Source: Rhizophagus irregularis
Taxonomy: Eukaryota
Direction: 5' to 3'
Length of the DNA: 64,000 nt
Assembly: GCF_026210795.1 (NCBI RefSeq)
Contig: NC_089431.1
Coordinates: 5,828,001-5,892,000, forward strand
Shown: piece by piece, positions 28,661 to 40,710 of the stretch
Position numbering within the stretch: position 1 is the first letter of the stretch
Layout of the letters: each line of letters starts with the position of its first letter
Notes under the pieces: model-generated
Told to the model about the DNA's origin: nothing
What the model saw: the letters and a program-made list of their open reading frames with translations, nothing else
The model's database searches: none
Position numbers and translations under genes: made by a program

Positions 28661-29719
28661 TTTTAAAATTCAAATTATATTTAATAAATAGTAAATAAAA
28701 TCTGGTTAATAAATAATGTAAATAAAGTTCTATTTGTTTTTTCAAAAATTTGAAATAAATTTAAATTTAAATAAAAATTATATATTTTTTATTAAAATTT
28801 ACTAATAGAAATAATTAAAGCATATATTTATAGTATTATTTATTTAATTTTATGTCATTTATTTAATTTCGTGGCATTAATTCATCAAATTTTGTGGCAT
28901 TTATTTATTAAATTTCGTGGCATTTATTTGTTTATTTCGTGGCATCTACTTATTCATTTTGCAAATTAATTCATTAAAATCTCTAATAATAAAACATCTG
29001 CATTATGAATTGGATCACTGCATTATTTTTTTTATAGATTCTACATAATATAAGGAATATTTGTGCAAAGTTTTGTGTTTCGTCCATGCATATTCATCTC
29101 CGCCCATCAATTTTTGTCTGATGATCGGCAAAAAATTATGAATTATCACATGTATAATGTGCTATAAAAATATTAAAAAAAATTATGCTAATAATTATAT
29201 AATTAAAATTATATGATAATTTTATGCTTAGCTTAGATTTCCATTATTTTTTTGCCACATTATTTTAAAATATTTGTGGCTTTTGTAATAAATATTAAAA
29301 TCCAGAATTATGTGATCGGCAAATGATCAGCAAGGTGATATAAGCATTTCCACCATGCTCATGTGATCATATTACAATTGTTACAATTGATTCCTGATTA
29401 AAACTCTAAATGGTCCAGATTGGTTTGGATTAAAGAGTAACCCAGAACTAGACCAAAAAATTGCTTCATTTCGGTCTAATCTGGATTATGTTAAAAAGAT
29501 AATCCAGAACTGGACCAGACCAGACCAGTTATTTAATTCAGTCCACACTAGTCAAAAACCAATATATCAGGTAGCAGATATATATCAGATATGTACCCGA
29601 TATGTATAGTATTAATGCAGAAAATCAGGTACCTGATATGTGTAAGATATGTGTAAATATATATATCGTCTACATATCATTTATATATCATATACATATC
29701 GGGTACCGATATGTATATG

Positions 29720-29941
29720 TAAGGTTGCTTGCCGAAACCTTCTTAATAATTGCCGAAACCTATATGGAAAATGCTGAAACTATATTAAATCATATTAAAA
29801 ATCCTGCCGAAACTTTGCCAAAATGCCGAAACCCCCATTTGCCGAAACTGCCGAAACCCTGCCGAAACCATAGTAAACATATAGTAAAATCTTGCCAAAA
29901 TTTATCACAGGATTTTGGAGAGGTTTTGGCAAGCAACCTTA
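29720..29941. mobile_element. hAT-type MITE, TAAGGTTGCTTG family, copy 1
   Basis: taaggttgcttgccgaaacc ... ggttttggcaagcaacctta with exact 8-bp TSD TGTATATG. Internal gccgaaac repeats. Confidence 0.88.
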
Positions 29942-30069
29942 TGTATATGATATATATATTTACATATATCTTACACATATCAGGTACCTGATTTTCTGCA
30001 TTAATACTACACATATCGGGTACATATCTGATACATATTTGCTACCCGATATATTGGTTTTTGACCAGT

Positions 30070-30945
30070 TCGACCGCATGGAAGACTTGATGCACCTTTT
30101 TATGTGCAAAAATCGTCGTCTGCCTATGCAACAAATTTTACAATCTTATCAAAAACATCTGATTTCAAAAATTTTGGAAGCCGGAAAATTGGCTGACATT
30201 GATCCTACTCCATTTATTGCTAAACTCACTTCTCTTTCATGCTGGTCCTTTTCTTCTACAAATTGGTCCTCTTACGCTCTTGTCCGTGGTTGTTTACCCA
30301 AACTTTTTATTGATTTATTTGTTGACTTATCCATTCCAAGAACTTCTGCGATAATGGTTATCGCTGCTATACACAATAATTTTGTCTACAAATTCAGAAG
30401 ACGAATTTGGAATCCGCGTTCTTATGAAAAGTGTAGATGGGAAAACGCGATGAATATTACCTACAAGTTGAAAACTACTCCGAAGCCATCTAATTTGCCA
30501 AAGTCAAATTACATTCCCTATTCATCTTTACCACCTCCGACCCTACACGATTCATGTGACTCCGGAACCGATTGGTTGAAGAACTTGATAAAATATGGAT
30601 TGCCTTAGTTTAATCACTTTTCAGGTTTTATGGGTCGTCTAACGGTGCTACTTAATAACAGCTTTTGCAGGATGGAGTGTCGATTTTTATAGTGGGCGTG
30701 CTATTCGTTATTTTGTTAGCATAGTTGCTTCTACTTTGGTTGGAATATATCAAGGGGGAAGATCTGGGGAAATTTAGTGTAATGCGATTTTTCTTTTTTA
30801 GATTAATTTTTTACTTTATATTTTCTTAGGACTATATAGCTTTGTTTTTAGTTAGTTTTATTTTTATATTTTTATTTTTATTTTTTGTAAATTGTAAAGT
30901 TCGAATAAATTTAATAAAGATAAAGGCTACTATGCCATGTTTGCC
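30070..30945 (+). mobile_element. 5'-truncated LINE (end of ORF2 plus 3' UTR)
   Basis: EDLMHLFMC...RGCLP...FRRRIWNPR resembles a LINE ORF2 C-terminal zinc-knuckle region, with stop at 30608. 15-bp TSD TGGTTTTTGACCAGT at 30055-30069 and 30946-30960. Confidence 0.78.
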
Positions 30946-31092
30946 TGGTTTTTGACCAGTGCCAGTCTGATCTTATAATAAAAAATCTGAAATTCTGATT
31001 GGCTGTTATAATATCACGTGACTAAAATTAAAATTTTTACCAAAATTATAACTGTATTTTAATTCCATAATTCTGGCCTGTAGCAATCTACT

Positions 31093-31642
31093 AGGACCCA
31101 GAAATATATATATAGGGGTCAGGTGGCGAAAAATTTTTTTACTATGAGCTGTACGCAAAGACTTTTTATATGAGTAGTACGCATAATTGACACCTGATAT
31201 TGAAAATCCTGCAAAAATACGCAAATAAAATTTCAGACATTAAGTTATTAATTATTTTATCATGGCTTCTCTATTATTTATAAAACCAAATACTAATGTG
31301 AAAAAATAGAATTTACCATTTTTTCAATAATATTTTTCTAAAATTTCACTTTTAACCATTAGAAATTTCTTTCAATTAATACTAAATATTACAATGCAGT
31401 TAATTAAATAAGTACGTACAATAAAAATATTTTATATATAAGATTAGCCAAATTTAGACCAAAAATACGCAAACTAATTTTTTACATATAAAAATTTTGA
31501 TAAAAAATATGCAATCTTGATGACCTAACTATAGATGAAAAATTCTAAAATTGTACGCAAATCAAAACTTTACTCCGTCTAATTCCACTATGATGGCGAC
31601 GCATCTGTGTACCTTACCCCTGTATATATATTTCTGGATCCT
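31093..31642. mobile_element. MITE, AGGACCC-terminus family, copy 1
   Basis: aggacccagaaatatatatatagggg ... cccctgtatatatatttctggatcct. 8-bp TSD aatctact/gatctact. Confidence 0.8.
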
Positions 31643-31650
31643 GATCTACT

Positions 31651-31782
31651 TGATATATGTAGCTTTGATTTAAGCCTATATTTGCTTTGTGTAATATATA
31701 TACTATATAAGGAAATTATGCATTTTTATACACTAATATCACACAAAGTAAATATAGGCTTAAAATGAAACTACACATGTTA
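31651..31782. mobile_element. Small fold-back (palindromic) element
   Basis: tgtagctttgatttaagcctatatttgctttgtg pairs with cacaaagtaaatataggcttaaaatgaaactaca. Confidence 0.65.
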
Positions 31783-32296
31783 GGAAGATCGATATGAAGC
31801 CAGAATTATGAAATTAGAATACAGGCAAATTTTTGGTCTAGTCCCAATCTGTTTAATTCAGTCTGGTTAGATTTATAATCCTGGACCAAACTGGATCAGA
31901 CCTAATATTTCAATTCAGGTTGAAGCATCAATCTAGATTGGACTAATTCTAATTTTCGGTCTAAAACTCTGGATTGCCAGATTAGGTCCAAAGTCCAGAC
32001 TGATTAAAGCTTTATTCCTGATGTGTCTATAGAGATAATCTGATTCAAATCAATCTGATCTAATTTATTTTATTGAATTGTTGATCTAATTTGATTCGAT
32101 TTGACGGAAATGGATTAAATTTTTTTGATTCAGATTGAATTATGAATCATAAAATATATGGTCTGATCGATCAGATCTGCAGATATGAATCGAATCAGAT
32201 TTTTTCAGAATACTATATGTATTACTAATAAAATATAATAATTGGTAAACAAAATACCTTCACAATTAAAAAAAATTACTAATTAATAAATATACC

Positions 32297-32812
32297 AGGA
32301 CCCAGAAATATATATATAGGGGTCAAGTGATGAAAAAAAATTTTTACTATGAGCTGTACGCATTTTTTCAGAGTCGGAATTATGATAATGTCAGTCAGTT
32401 ACTATATTACACTGGTAAAAAAATGATTTATCCTACACATATCTTACACATATTGGGTACTCAAAATGTAGAAAATCATACACAAATAATACACATATCA
32501 TACACATATCGGGTACTAATATATATATCATACATATATCAGGTACCTGATAGGTATACTATATATATAAGTACCCGATATGTGTATGATATGTGTATTA
32601 TTTGTGTATGATTTTCTACATTTTGAGTACGCGATATATGTAAGATATGTGTAAGATATGTGTAGGATAGACCATTTTTTTACCAGTGTTAAGAGATAAA
32701 ATTCTGACCGGCATTATCAAAAATTATCTAAAAATGAAAAGATTTTCATGACTTTTTTAGTTCAAAATACGTAAACTCAAATCTAACCCTTATATGTATA
32801 TTTTTGGGTCCT
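32297..32812. mobile_element. MITE, AGGACCC-terminus family, copy 2
   Basis: aggacccagaaatata ... tatatttttgggtcct with exact 8-bp TSD AATATACC. Confidence 0.85.
32410..32688. mobile_element. CACTG palindromic MITE nested in AGGACCC copy 2
   Basis: cactggtaaaaaaatg ... catttttttaccagtg with 3-bp TSD TTA. Confidence 0.88.
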
Positions 32813-33007
32813 AATATACCATTTCTTAAAATATGATACTGATTATTATGTGTAAGTTGTTAAAAATTTATTTGAATTCTTCAGAAAAAAAAAATTATTA
32901 TCAGCTATTTTTATTACAGTAAATATAATAAATAAAGTAAATTTAATGTTATTTTTACTAATAAAGTTAACTTAAGGTCTTCTTAAAATTTAAAAACAAG
33001 TGTTAAA

Positions 33008-33565
33008 TATACATGAAGTTGAAATTAAAGCCCAAAAGTAGAAATATTTCAACTTGGGAAGGTTAAAAGTCAAAATTAAAGTTGAAATGGTCAAAATTAC
33101 ATCATAGTCATGTGATTTTTATAATTATAATTTAATATAAAATTTTAAACATGAATAACTCCGTCAATATTAATGCTACAGATATGAAATACATATCATT
33201 GGATCCTCTCTATAAGCTGAATCCAATTGTGTAAAGATCATAAAATTCGAATCACTGGATGCAGAGATTGTTAACTTTGAATTTTAAAATTATTGTTTAC
33301 TATAAAAATTATAAGACTATTTAATACCAAATTTTAAACATGAATAACTCCGTCAATATTGATGCTACAAATATGAAATACATATCATTAGAATCCTCTC
33401 GATGAGCTGAATCTAATCGTGTAAAGATCATAAAAATCGAATCACTGGATGCAGAGTTCGTTAACTTTGAATTTTAATATTATTGTTTACTATAAAATCA
33501 TATGACTATGACGTAATTTTGACCATTTCAGAGGTCAAAATTAACCAATTTCGGTTTCATGTATA
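33008..33565. mobile_element. TA-flanked MITE with an internal ~188-bp tandem duplication
   Basis: tatacatgaagttgaaatt ... aatttcggtttcatgtata. Repeat aaattttaaacatgaataactccgtcaatatt... begins at ~33140 and ~33328. Confidence 0.75.
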
Positions 33566-34187
33566 GCTAATAGTGTTAATTTCAGGGGTAACAGTTTTTA
33601 AGTAATACAACAAATAAGTTGTCCTCCTTCTATACCTCTAACTTACTATATTATTTACTTTCTATATATTCCTATATGAGGTGTAATTCAAGTTAAGATA
33701 TCAAATTTTGTTCAAAATTTATCAGATATTATTCAAAAAATATCAAAATTTGTCAGAACTTTACTGCACATCACTTTACATAAAAATTGCACAGCAATTA
33801 ATCATTTATACACTAATCAAAATTTTTTTATATATATTTCTCTTAATAATTACAAAATAAATTGATTATGACTTCTCCTTATAATACTTCAGGTAAGTTT
33901 ATAAGTAATTAACAGTTTTCCAATCTATTAAAGTCTATTAGCTAGTGTTAATTTCAGATTCAGAAACAGAAGGTCATTATTCTTACTGTACTATTATATA
34001 TTCTATATCTCAATTTCAATCTACTCAATCTACTTTTTAGAATAATAGACAATCTATATGCATTACATATTCTCAGTATTATTTAACTCAATTTATTCCT
34101 TTATCTACTTTTCAAGCTAATAGACAGTTTATAAAAGAGAAAAGGATTTATATATCCTCTATACTTATTATTTCAGCAAGAGAAAAG

Positions 34188-35099
34188 TTGCTTGAATACC
34201 AAAAGATCCATCTAGAAGGTGAAGAAGAAAAAGAAGAAGAAAAAGAAGGATATACAGGATCAAGAGAAATAACTTTGCAAGAAAATGTTTCACTTGATAA
34301 TTATTTACGTTATATTAAAAATAATAAGGATAAATTCAATTTAGTTCGTATATATTTACATGATGGAAGTATTAAAGCATATGAAGTACCATTAGCTCTT
34401 CATGCATATACATCAGGAAATATCAATGTAATAATGGGTGCATGGAATCGTCAGGATTTTGATTATGGTAATAATCAAGATCTGATTTTAGGTCCAGCCA
34501 GTTCAAGAAGACCTAATTGTGTGATCTTTCCAAAACATCGTTCTTTACCAGCAAATCCTGCACAAATTGCTGATTCTATAGGAGGAGCATATCCAACGAT
34601 GGTAGTAGAAATTGGTTTTTCACAATCTCTTTCTGATCTTTACCAAGCAGTAACTCAATATTTTAATCAACGAACTACGATCCAAATTGTATTGATCATT
34701 AAAATATTTGGAATTTATACACATCCTAATACAAATATATCTACTATCGCACTAGTTGCTGCCTTATTTCTTCGTACAAATTCCAATCCATTAGTTCCAA
34801 CCAGTGTTGTTTCTTTTGGAACAGCAAATCTCGATTCAAAAATTGTAAACTTTATTATTCTGGATATGAAAACACCAATTGCTAATTTTATTGGTTTTGG
34901 ACTTCCTGATCCTAATAATAATAATATTCCATTTCCTTCCTGTAATGCGGCTGGTATTCCAACATATATAATGAATATTCCTGGAACAGAATTATTTGAT
35001 AGAGTTCCAGCAATTTATCTTTCACCAAACTTTAATCTTGGATGCAATATAGATCTTTGGGAACTTCAAACCACAATACGACGCCACTTAAGAATTTGA
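34188..35099 (+). CDS. Uma2-like PD-(D/E)xK restriction-endonuclease-fold protein, probably decaying
   Basis: YEVP...H, SSRRPNCVIFP and YPTMVVEIGFSQSLSDL. The ORF has no clean ATG start, and the putative upstream exon from ATG 33868 leads into a stop near 34038. Confidence 0.62.
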   Translation: MLEYQKIHLEGEEEKEEEKEGYTGSREITLQENVSLDNYLRYIKNNKDKFNLVRIYLHDGSIKAYEVPLALHAYTSGNINVIMGAWNRQDFDYGNNQDLILGPASSRRPNCVIFPKHRSLPANPAQIADSIGGAYPTMVVEIGFSQSLSDLYQAVTQYFNQRTTIQIVLIIKIFGIYTHPNTNISTIALVAALFLRTNSNPLVPTSVVSFGTANLDSKIVNFIILDMKTPIANFIGFGLPDPNNNNIPFPSCNAAGIPTYIMNIPGTELFDRVPAIYLSPNFNLGCNIDLWELQTTIRRHLRI

Positions 35100-35947
35100 T
35101 TTTATAGATGAATACTTGAATTAATTGTATAGAAAATCTTTATTATATTTATTTTATATTTCAAATTAACATAAGGTTTAATATTTAATCAATGAAAATA
35201 TGCAGATTAGCTTTATCTTTTACATATAATTTGTATTCTCATAATCTATGTAACTATTTATAGCTTTTTTTTGCTAATATAAATTATATAAATATTAATA
35301 AAATTTTAGTATTAGAATATATAATAAATTTTTAATCATTATATATTATTTATTGCTAATAAATAAAGTGAAATAAATCTGTATTGCAAATAAATAATTT
35401 ATATATATAAGTATAATAAGAAATTAAGAGTTGTTGCTGTATCTATTCAGTTATTTCTTTTATTTAACTTATTTCTTTTATTTTAACTACTGCAGAACAT
35501 TGTATTTCCATTAATTCTATTAAATAATTCACAATTCTTTTGTGCTTTTTCATTATTCTTTTAAAGTAAATTTTCTGTTATTTTTTTTTTCATTAGCAAA
35601 TATTTTAGTGATTATTTCAGATGAAGAGTTTTGTAATAATTTAAACATTTCTCAAGATTTTTTTTAAAGTTATTATAGTATAAAATAATTTTCTGGTTTA
35701 TTATTTTTTTTTTTTTGACATTAATGATTTTAATATATAACTGAAGAAATTGGCCATCCTTATTCAAATTAAAAATAGTTTTTTAATAAATTTGTACAGA
35801 AATTCAACTATCTATAAATGAATATCATACTTATTAAACATATATTCAGGATTCTCATATATTTCATATTTTAGTTTTAGCAAATTAGTTCTAATTTAGT
35901 CTGAAGTTCAAATTTAATTTTTAGCAAATTTACAATAATTTAAATAA

Positions 35948-36214
35948 GAAAATTTCTAAGTTTACACAGGGTGTTTGTACACAGGTCATATAAATATAAT
36001 TTTTAATAGATTAATTTTTTGTTTTTTAATTTGAAATTGAATGCTACTGACATTATACTCTTTTACTTTTTATTCTTATTATATTACAGATAAATATATG
36101 TATTTTCACCTGCTCTGCAAGTTTACTTAAGGCATTAAAGGAGGTTTTGAATGCCGTTTTTAATCTACTAATATGACCCGTGTTTAAACACCCTGTGTAC
36201 AAATAGAAATTGCC
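35948..36214. mobile_element. MULE-type MITE
   Basis: gaaaatttctaagtttacacagggtgtttgtacacaggtcata versus tatgacccgtgtttaaacaccctgtgtacaaatagaaattgcc. Exact 9-bp TSD TTTAAATAA. Confidence 0.8.
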
Positions 36215-36631
36215 TTTAAATAATTGTTATATTTTTAGGTTTATTAGATTAAAAAGGTTTTTATAAAGTCATACTATGCATTTTGGTGAATTTATATTTT
36301 TTTTAGTATTGATATTCATTTTTTTTTTACAATTGATTTTTTAAAATATATATCATTTTGTGTCCTTTTTTTCTTTATAATATAAATAGCAAAAATACAA
36401 AACTAGTTTATTTACAAAACAAAACGGATAGTGAAGTTCGTGTCACCAACGCCATTACTTTCATTTATTTCTGTTTTAACGTTAAAACTTGAAAAGCTTT
36501 AATATTATAATAAAGTGGAAATATACTAAAACTTGTTTATCTGAAAATAAATTTTGTGCAGCTATTATTGATAAACATATAGTATTCTGCATATGCGAAC
36601 AAAAGGTTATTTTTGATAATGATTATGATGA

Positions 36632-36751
36632 CACAGGTCGAAAAGTGAAAAATCAGGCATCAATCAGTCACCAATCGGTCACCAATCAGGTACCTGATTG
36701 GTGACCGATTGGTGACTGATTGGTGCCTGATTTTTCACTTTTCGACCTGTG
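36632..36751. mobile_element. 120-bp near-perfect palindromic CAC...GTG MITE
   Basis: cacaggtcgaaaagtgaaaaatcagg...ggtacc...cctgatttttcacttttcgacctgtg with 3-bp TSD TGA. Confidence 0.9.
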
Positions 36752-38192
36752 TGAGTCAAGGCTTAATAAACATTCTAGAAATTTAAGATGTAAAATGAAT
36801 AACATCAATTTGGTTTACCCAGTCTTTTTCCTATTTTACCTAAATTTAAAAAAGTAAAAGAAAGTTTAGAAATTTCAGAAAATCCATCACATCACCATTA
36901 TTATTTCCAAATATACCATGTTCTAGTTCCCATTCTAAACAAATAAATATTTATATTAATAGAATACCAGCCACATGTAAAGATACATAACAATGAGAAG
37001 TAATTAAAAAGGAGATGTATCCAAATAAGTTTTCAAATAAAATACCATTTAATTATAAAAGGCTTAATAAGGAGAAAACAATCCAATTTAATTAGCAAAT
37101 AATCATTAAGTCAGAATGAGTTATTAATCATTTTGGTAAAAAGAATTAATTATATTTTCATCAGCAAGTTTTGAAAGTGTTAATTTACAGTTTTATACTA
37201 GTATACGCGTTGATTAATACCAGCTAGTTGTTCAACGTGTTTTACAATATTAATTAACACCTATACCTTAATTTGTTTCTCATATTCCCTAATCAAAGGT
37301 TTCTTTATTATATTTAATCACCTGGCTAATAATTTTCACCATGTATTATCTGTTTATGTTCTATTATCTGTAATGTAAGAAATAGGTAATATTAAGAGTG
37401 CTGAGCATTTAGGCTAATTTTGTGACATGATCTTTTGAGTAATACCTCTTCTGATAAAATGTCAAGAAAATTTCATCACGAAAAGTATTGATGATTACAT
37501 ACTTTGCCAAAATCTGTGATATTAACGTTCATGAATAAACTAAAACCAGCATATAAAGTTTTTACTTTTCCAATACACATTTTACATATCAATACTACCT
37601 GCATTCATATTAAAATATAAGACCTGAATTGATTTTATTAATAATATATGAATTTACAGTTAATTACATGACAGATATGTTACAAGTTCCATTTTGAAAA
37701 AAAATATTAAATATTTTCCAAAAAAATTTTATACAAATGCTTAAAATGTGTAAAACTTTATTGTTGCCTTTCATCCTATTTTCCCCTTTTACTTTCCCCT
37801 TTTACTTTTCCCTTCACTTTCTTTAATGAAATGTTAAAAAATGGCTCAAAAATTATTTTTTTTTCATATTTTTTAATTGGAACGTTGACTAATGTTTTAA
37901 TTATTTCATTTTTTAAATAAATATTAAAAAATATTTAAAAATTTTTTTTTAATAAAAATGTTAGCTAACATTCTGATTATTTTATTTTTTAACGAAACGT
38001 TAAAAAATGTTTCAAAATTTTTTTCATTTTTTTTAATTGAAATGTTAGCTATAAACATTCTAAAATATTTTTTTATTTTTTTTTAATCAGAATGCTGGCT
38101 ACTAACATCAGTAAGTTTTTTAGTATTAAGATCCTCAAAGAATCCTAAAATCTATAACATAAGAAGGATCCTCAAAGAATCATCCCTTCCGC

Positions 38193-38436
38193 TAAGGTTG
38201 CTTGTCTAAACCTTTTCAAAATCCTACGATTAGTTTCGTCAAAATTTTACTATAGATTTATTATAGTTTTGGCAAAGTTTCGGCAGTTTCAGCATTTATA
38301 ATAAGTTTTGGCAGTTTCGCTTTTCTCCAAAGTTTCGCCAGTTTTTTAATATAACTTTAATATAGTTTCGGCAGAATTTTGCTTTTCGGCGAAACGCCAT
38401 CTTGCCTAAACCCCTAGATTTCGGCAAGCAACCTTA
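38193..38436. mobile_element. hAT-type MITE, TAAGGTTGCTTG family, copy 2
   Basis: taaggttgcttg ... caagcaacctta with TSD ccttccgc/ccctccgc. Confidence 0.87.
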
Positions 38437-38626
38437 CCCTCCGCTGAGGGTTCCTTATTGAAAAAAAAATTAAGAAATCCCTAAAGGTTAAAAAGAATCC
38501 TTAGAGATATTATTTAAAAAAACCTTTAAAAGTATTGTTTAAAAGAAACTTTAGGGACATTATTTAAGTAAACCTTAAGGATATTATTTAATTATTTAAT
38601 TTTTTATTAATTATTTATTATTTCGA

Positions 38627-38988
38627 CAGTACCTCTAAGCTAACCATCATGAAAGAATTTCTAGATGTCTGCTCCGTTATATCTGCCGTACGTGGGTAGT
38701 TGCTCACTTCTGATAGGCACTAGTGGGTAGCATAACTGTGTCAGAAACCCTGCTACACTACGATCCATCCTTGTATGGGTATAAACTTGGGTCGTCTTCC
38801 CAGTGTGGTATATAGGGGGTAGGGGGATGAACATCCGGTTACTTCTAAATAATTAGAGTAGGTTGCTTGGTTATCTGTTGCTCAATGGTATGAGTATATT
38901 ACTGCAACTGGTGTTGTAATGCTCCCTCCATGTAGCTTTGGTGAGCCGGCTATGCTGATGTCTCCTAAAACATAAAAAAAAAAAAAAA
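38627..38988 (+). mobile_element. ~360-bp poly(A)-tailed retroposon (SINE or LINE 3' end)
   Basis: GC-richer non-coding island ending in an A15 run. TSD ttatttattatttcga (38611-38626) and ttgtttattatttcga (38989-39004). Confidence 0.8.
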
Positions 38989-39029
38989 TTGTTTATTATT
39001 TCGAAATTTATACAATTTTTACTCCTAAT

Positions 39030-40710
39030 TTAACTATCTAATTTTTGGTTACTATCATGATTATAATTATTTTCTAATTCTTGATTATCCCCCAATTCTT
39101 GATTATCCTCCAATTCTTGATCATAATTACTCTCACTATCACCGCTATTGTTGCTACTAGTATCACTATCATTTTCTTTACATAGTTCCATAAGTCTAAT
39201 TTGTTTAGTAGTATTTGCGGTTATCTCCTTTGAATTAGAAAGACAATCCTAAAAAAATTTATTAGTAAATATTTTTTAACTAACGAATTAAATAATTAAT
39301 ATAATACATATTGCATACCAAATAAATATTATATCTATTTTGCAAAGAATTATCACCAATAGATATTTTCGGATGTTTCGGATTTAATACAGTTTCACAT
39401 ACAGCTAGGGTAAAAGCCGTATCCTTTTCACTTGTTTTCTTTTTACCCCATGCCTTATTCTTTATTGCTTGAATATATAAAAGGTTTCCCTCTTCATCAG
39501 TTTTAAATAAGCATTCACATGCTTTTTTGGTTTTACATGATTGTTTAAATGAATAAATATCATCAGCTGATGCAGTAGTATTTATACGAACTAGCCAATC
39601 TTCACCAAATATGTCAAACATGGTGGCACAAATATCTTTGACTTTATCACAACACTGACTTTTAATTATATCATTACACTAAAAATAGAAATTTTATATT
39701 AATAGTTATTATTTAGTATTACTATTAATAAAACAAACAAATCCATAATTACCAAAGGTTTAATTCGTCCTTCATAAATATGCATCCATTGAGGTCCATG
39801 CTTCTCAATGTATCCAGGTTTTTCTTGTTCAAGCATAGCCTCAAATGCTTTTTGAAATGCAATACCGTCTGGATAAATCCCAAGAATGGGTAATTGAATT
39901 TTACAAGTTTTTGACGCTAAATTATAAATACATAAAAATAAGTAGTCGATAAATTTAGTAAAAAAGCAATTACAAATTATACATACCTTCCAATAAGAGT
40001 TTTCAGGAATCATTAATTGGTCAACTTTTTCCAATAGTTCATTTAATTGTTCACGAGTTTTCTTATAAAATTCCTTTTGCTCGTTTTTAACATCATAAAT
40101 TACTTGAAATATTTCTTTATTTTGAGTTAAACAGTTTTTTAAACCTTCCATAAGATGATAATAAGATGTGTTTATCATAAATCAAAATTAAAATGTATAT
40201 TTTGATTATGCTTATGATAATGACAAATAACACATCTTACCATTAGTCTTGTTTGATATTTGTCCCACATTAATATCTGCAACTTCACGATCCATTTCAA
40301 CTTGCATTGCAGTATTACATTGTTCTGTTTGATCTGCATCAACGATAACAATAGGTTCAAGCGTAATGGGATTTTTTTTCTTTTGCTTTGTGACTTTTTT
40401 TTTATAATAAATAAATATAAAATTTGTTAGTTTTCACTTCTCACACTATATTATGAACTTATTATTGTCGTTTAATAAAATAATTCTATTATTAAAGATA
40501 TAGAATTAGGGCCCAACTTCAAAGCAATTTTGTCTGCTTCGCTAACTTTTCTCCCAGAATTATCAGTAGTAGCGTTAGATGTCTTCTGAGTTTCTTTTAA
40601 GACTTTTCGGGTAGGTGCTACAATAATAAATAGAAATATAAAAATTTAATTTCTAATATATTCAAATTATTTTATTGTTGAACATATTACTTGCTTTTTT
40701 TCTTAGTCAT
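39030..40710 (-). CDS. Multi-exon accessory gene of the Plavaka element, function unknown, possibly pseudogenised
   Basis: ORF pieces 39280-39621 and 39699-40178 joined by GT-AG introns. ATG at 40710 (MTKKKA). Coiled-coil segment and acidic tail. Confidence 0.6.

Larger units (their letters stand above)
25083..29359 (-). mobile_element. ~4.3-kb DNA transposon of uncertain superfamily
   Basis: Imperfect TIRs AGCATGG...tatcac...gatcatttg at 25083 and the inverse ending ...ccatgct at 29359. Exact 9-bp direct repeat CATGTGATC at 25074-25082 and 29360-29368. Encloses one long disrupted ORF. Confidence 0.72.
29546..30961. mobile_element. CACTA/CMC-type palindromic MITE with its right TIR split by a LINE
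   Basis: cactagtcaaaaacc ... ggtttttgaccagtg with 3-bp TSD CCA. Long internal inverted arms 29546-29720 and 29942-30069. Confidence 0.82.
29399..32014. mobile_element. Non-autonomous hAT-type element hosting several nested insertions
   Basis: Ends TAAAACTCTAAATGGTCCAGA and tccagactgattaaagcttTA. Exact 8-bp TSD TTCCTGAT (29391-29398, 32015-32022). Subterminal ccaga/ctgga repeats. Confidence 0.8.

Noticed and set aside
29602..30069. ORFs 29602-29991 (+), 29790-30014 (-) and the first part of 29892-30608
   Set aside because: Mirror-image translations of palindromic MITE arms, not genes. Only the part after 30070 is LINE coding sequence.
25006..32032. Possible outer element with ends ctacaaatccattaggaa / ttcctgatgtgtctatag enclosing both large transposons
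   Set aside because: The inverted match is weak and no TSD could be found.
36489..37440. Relic coding sequence (CIC...RLNKH) around the 120-bp palindrome
   Set aside because: Too degraded by stops and frameshifts to assign a family or boundaries.
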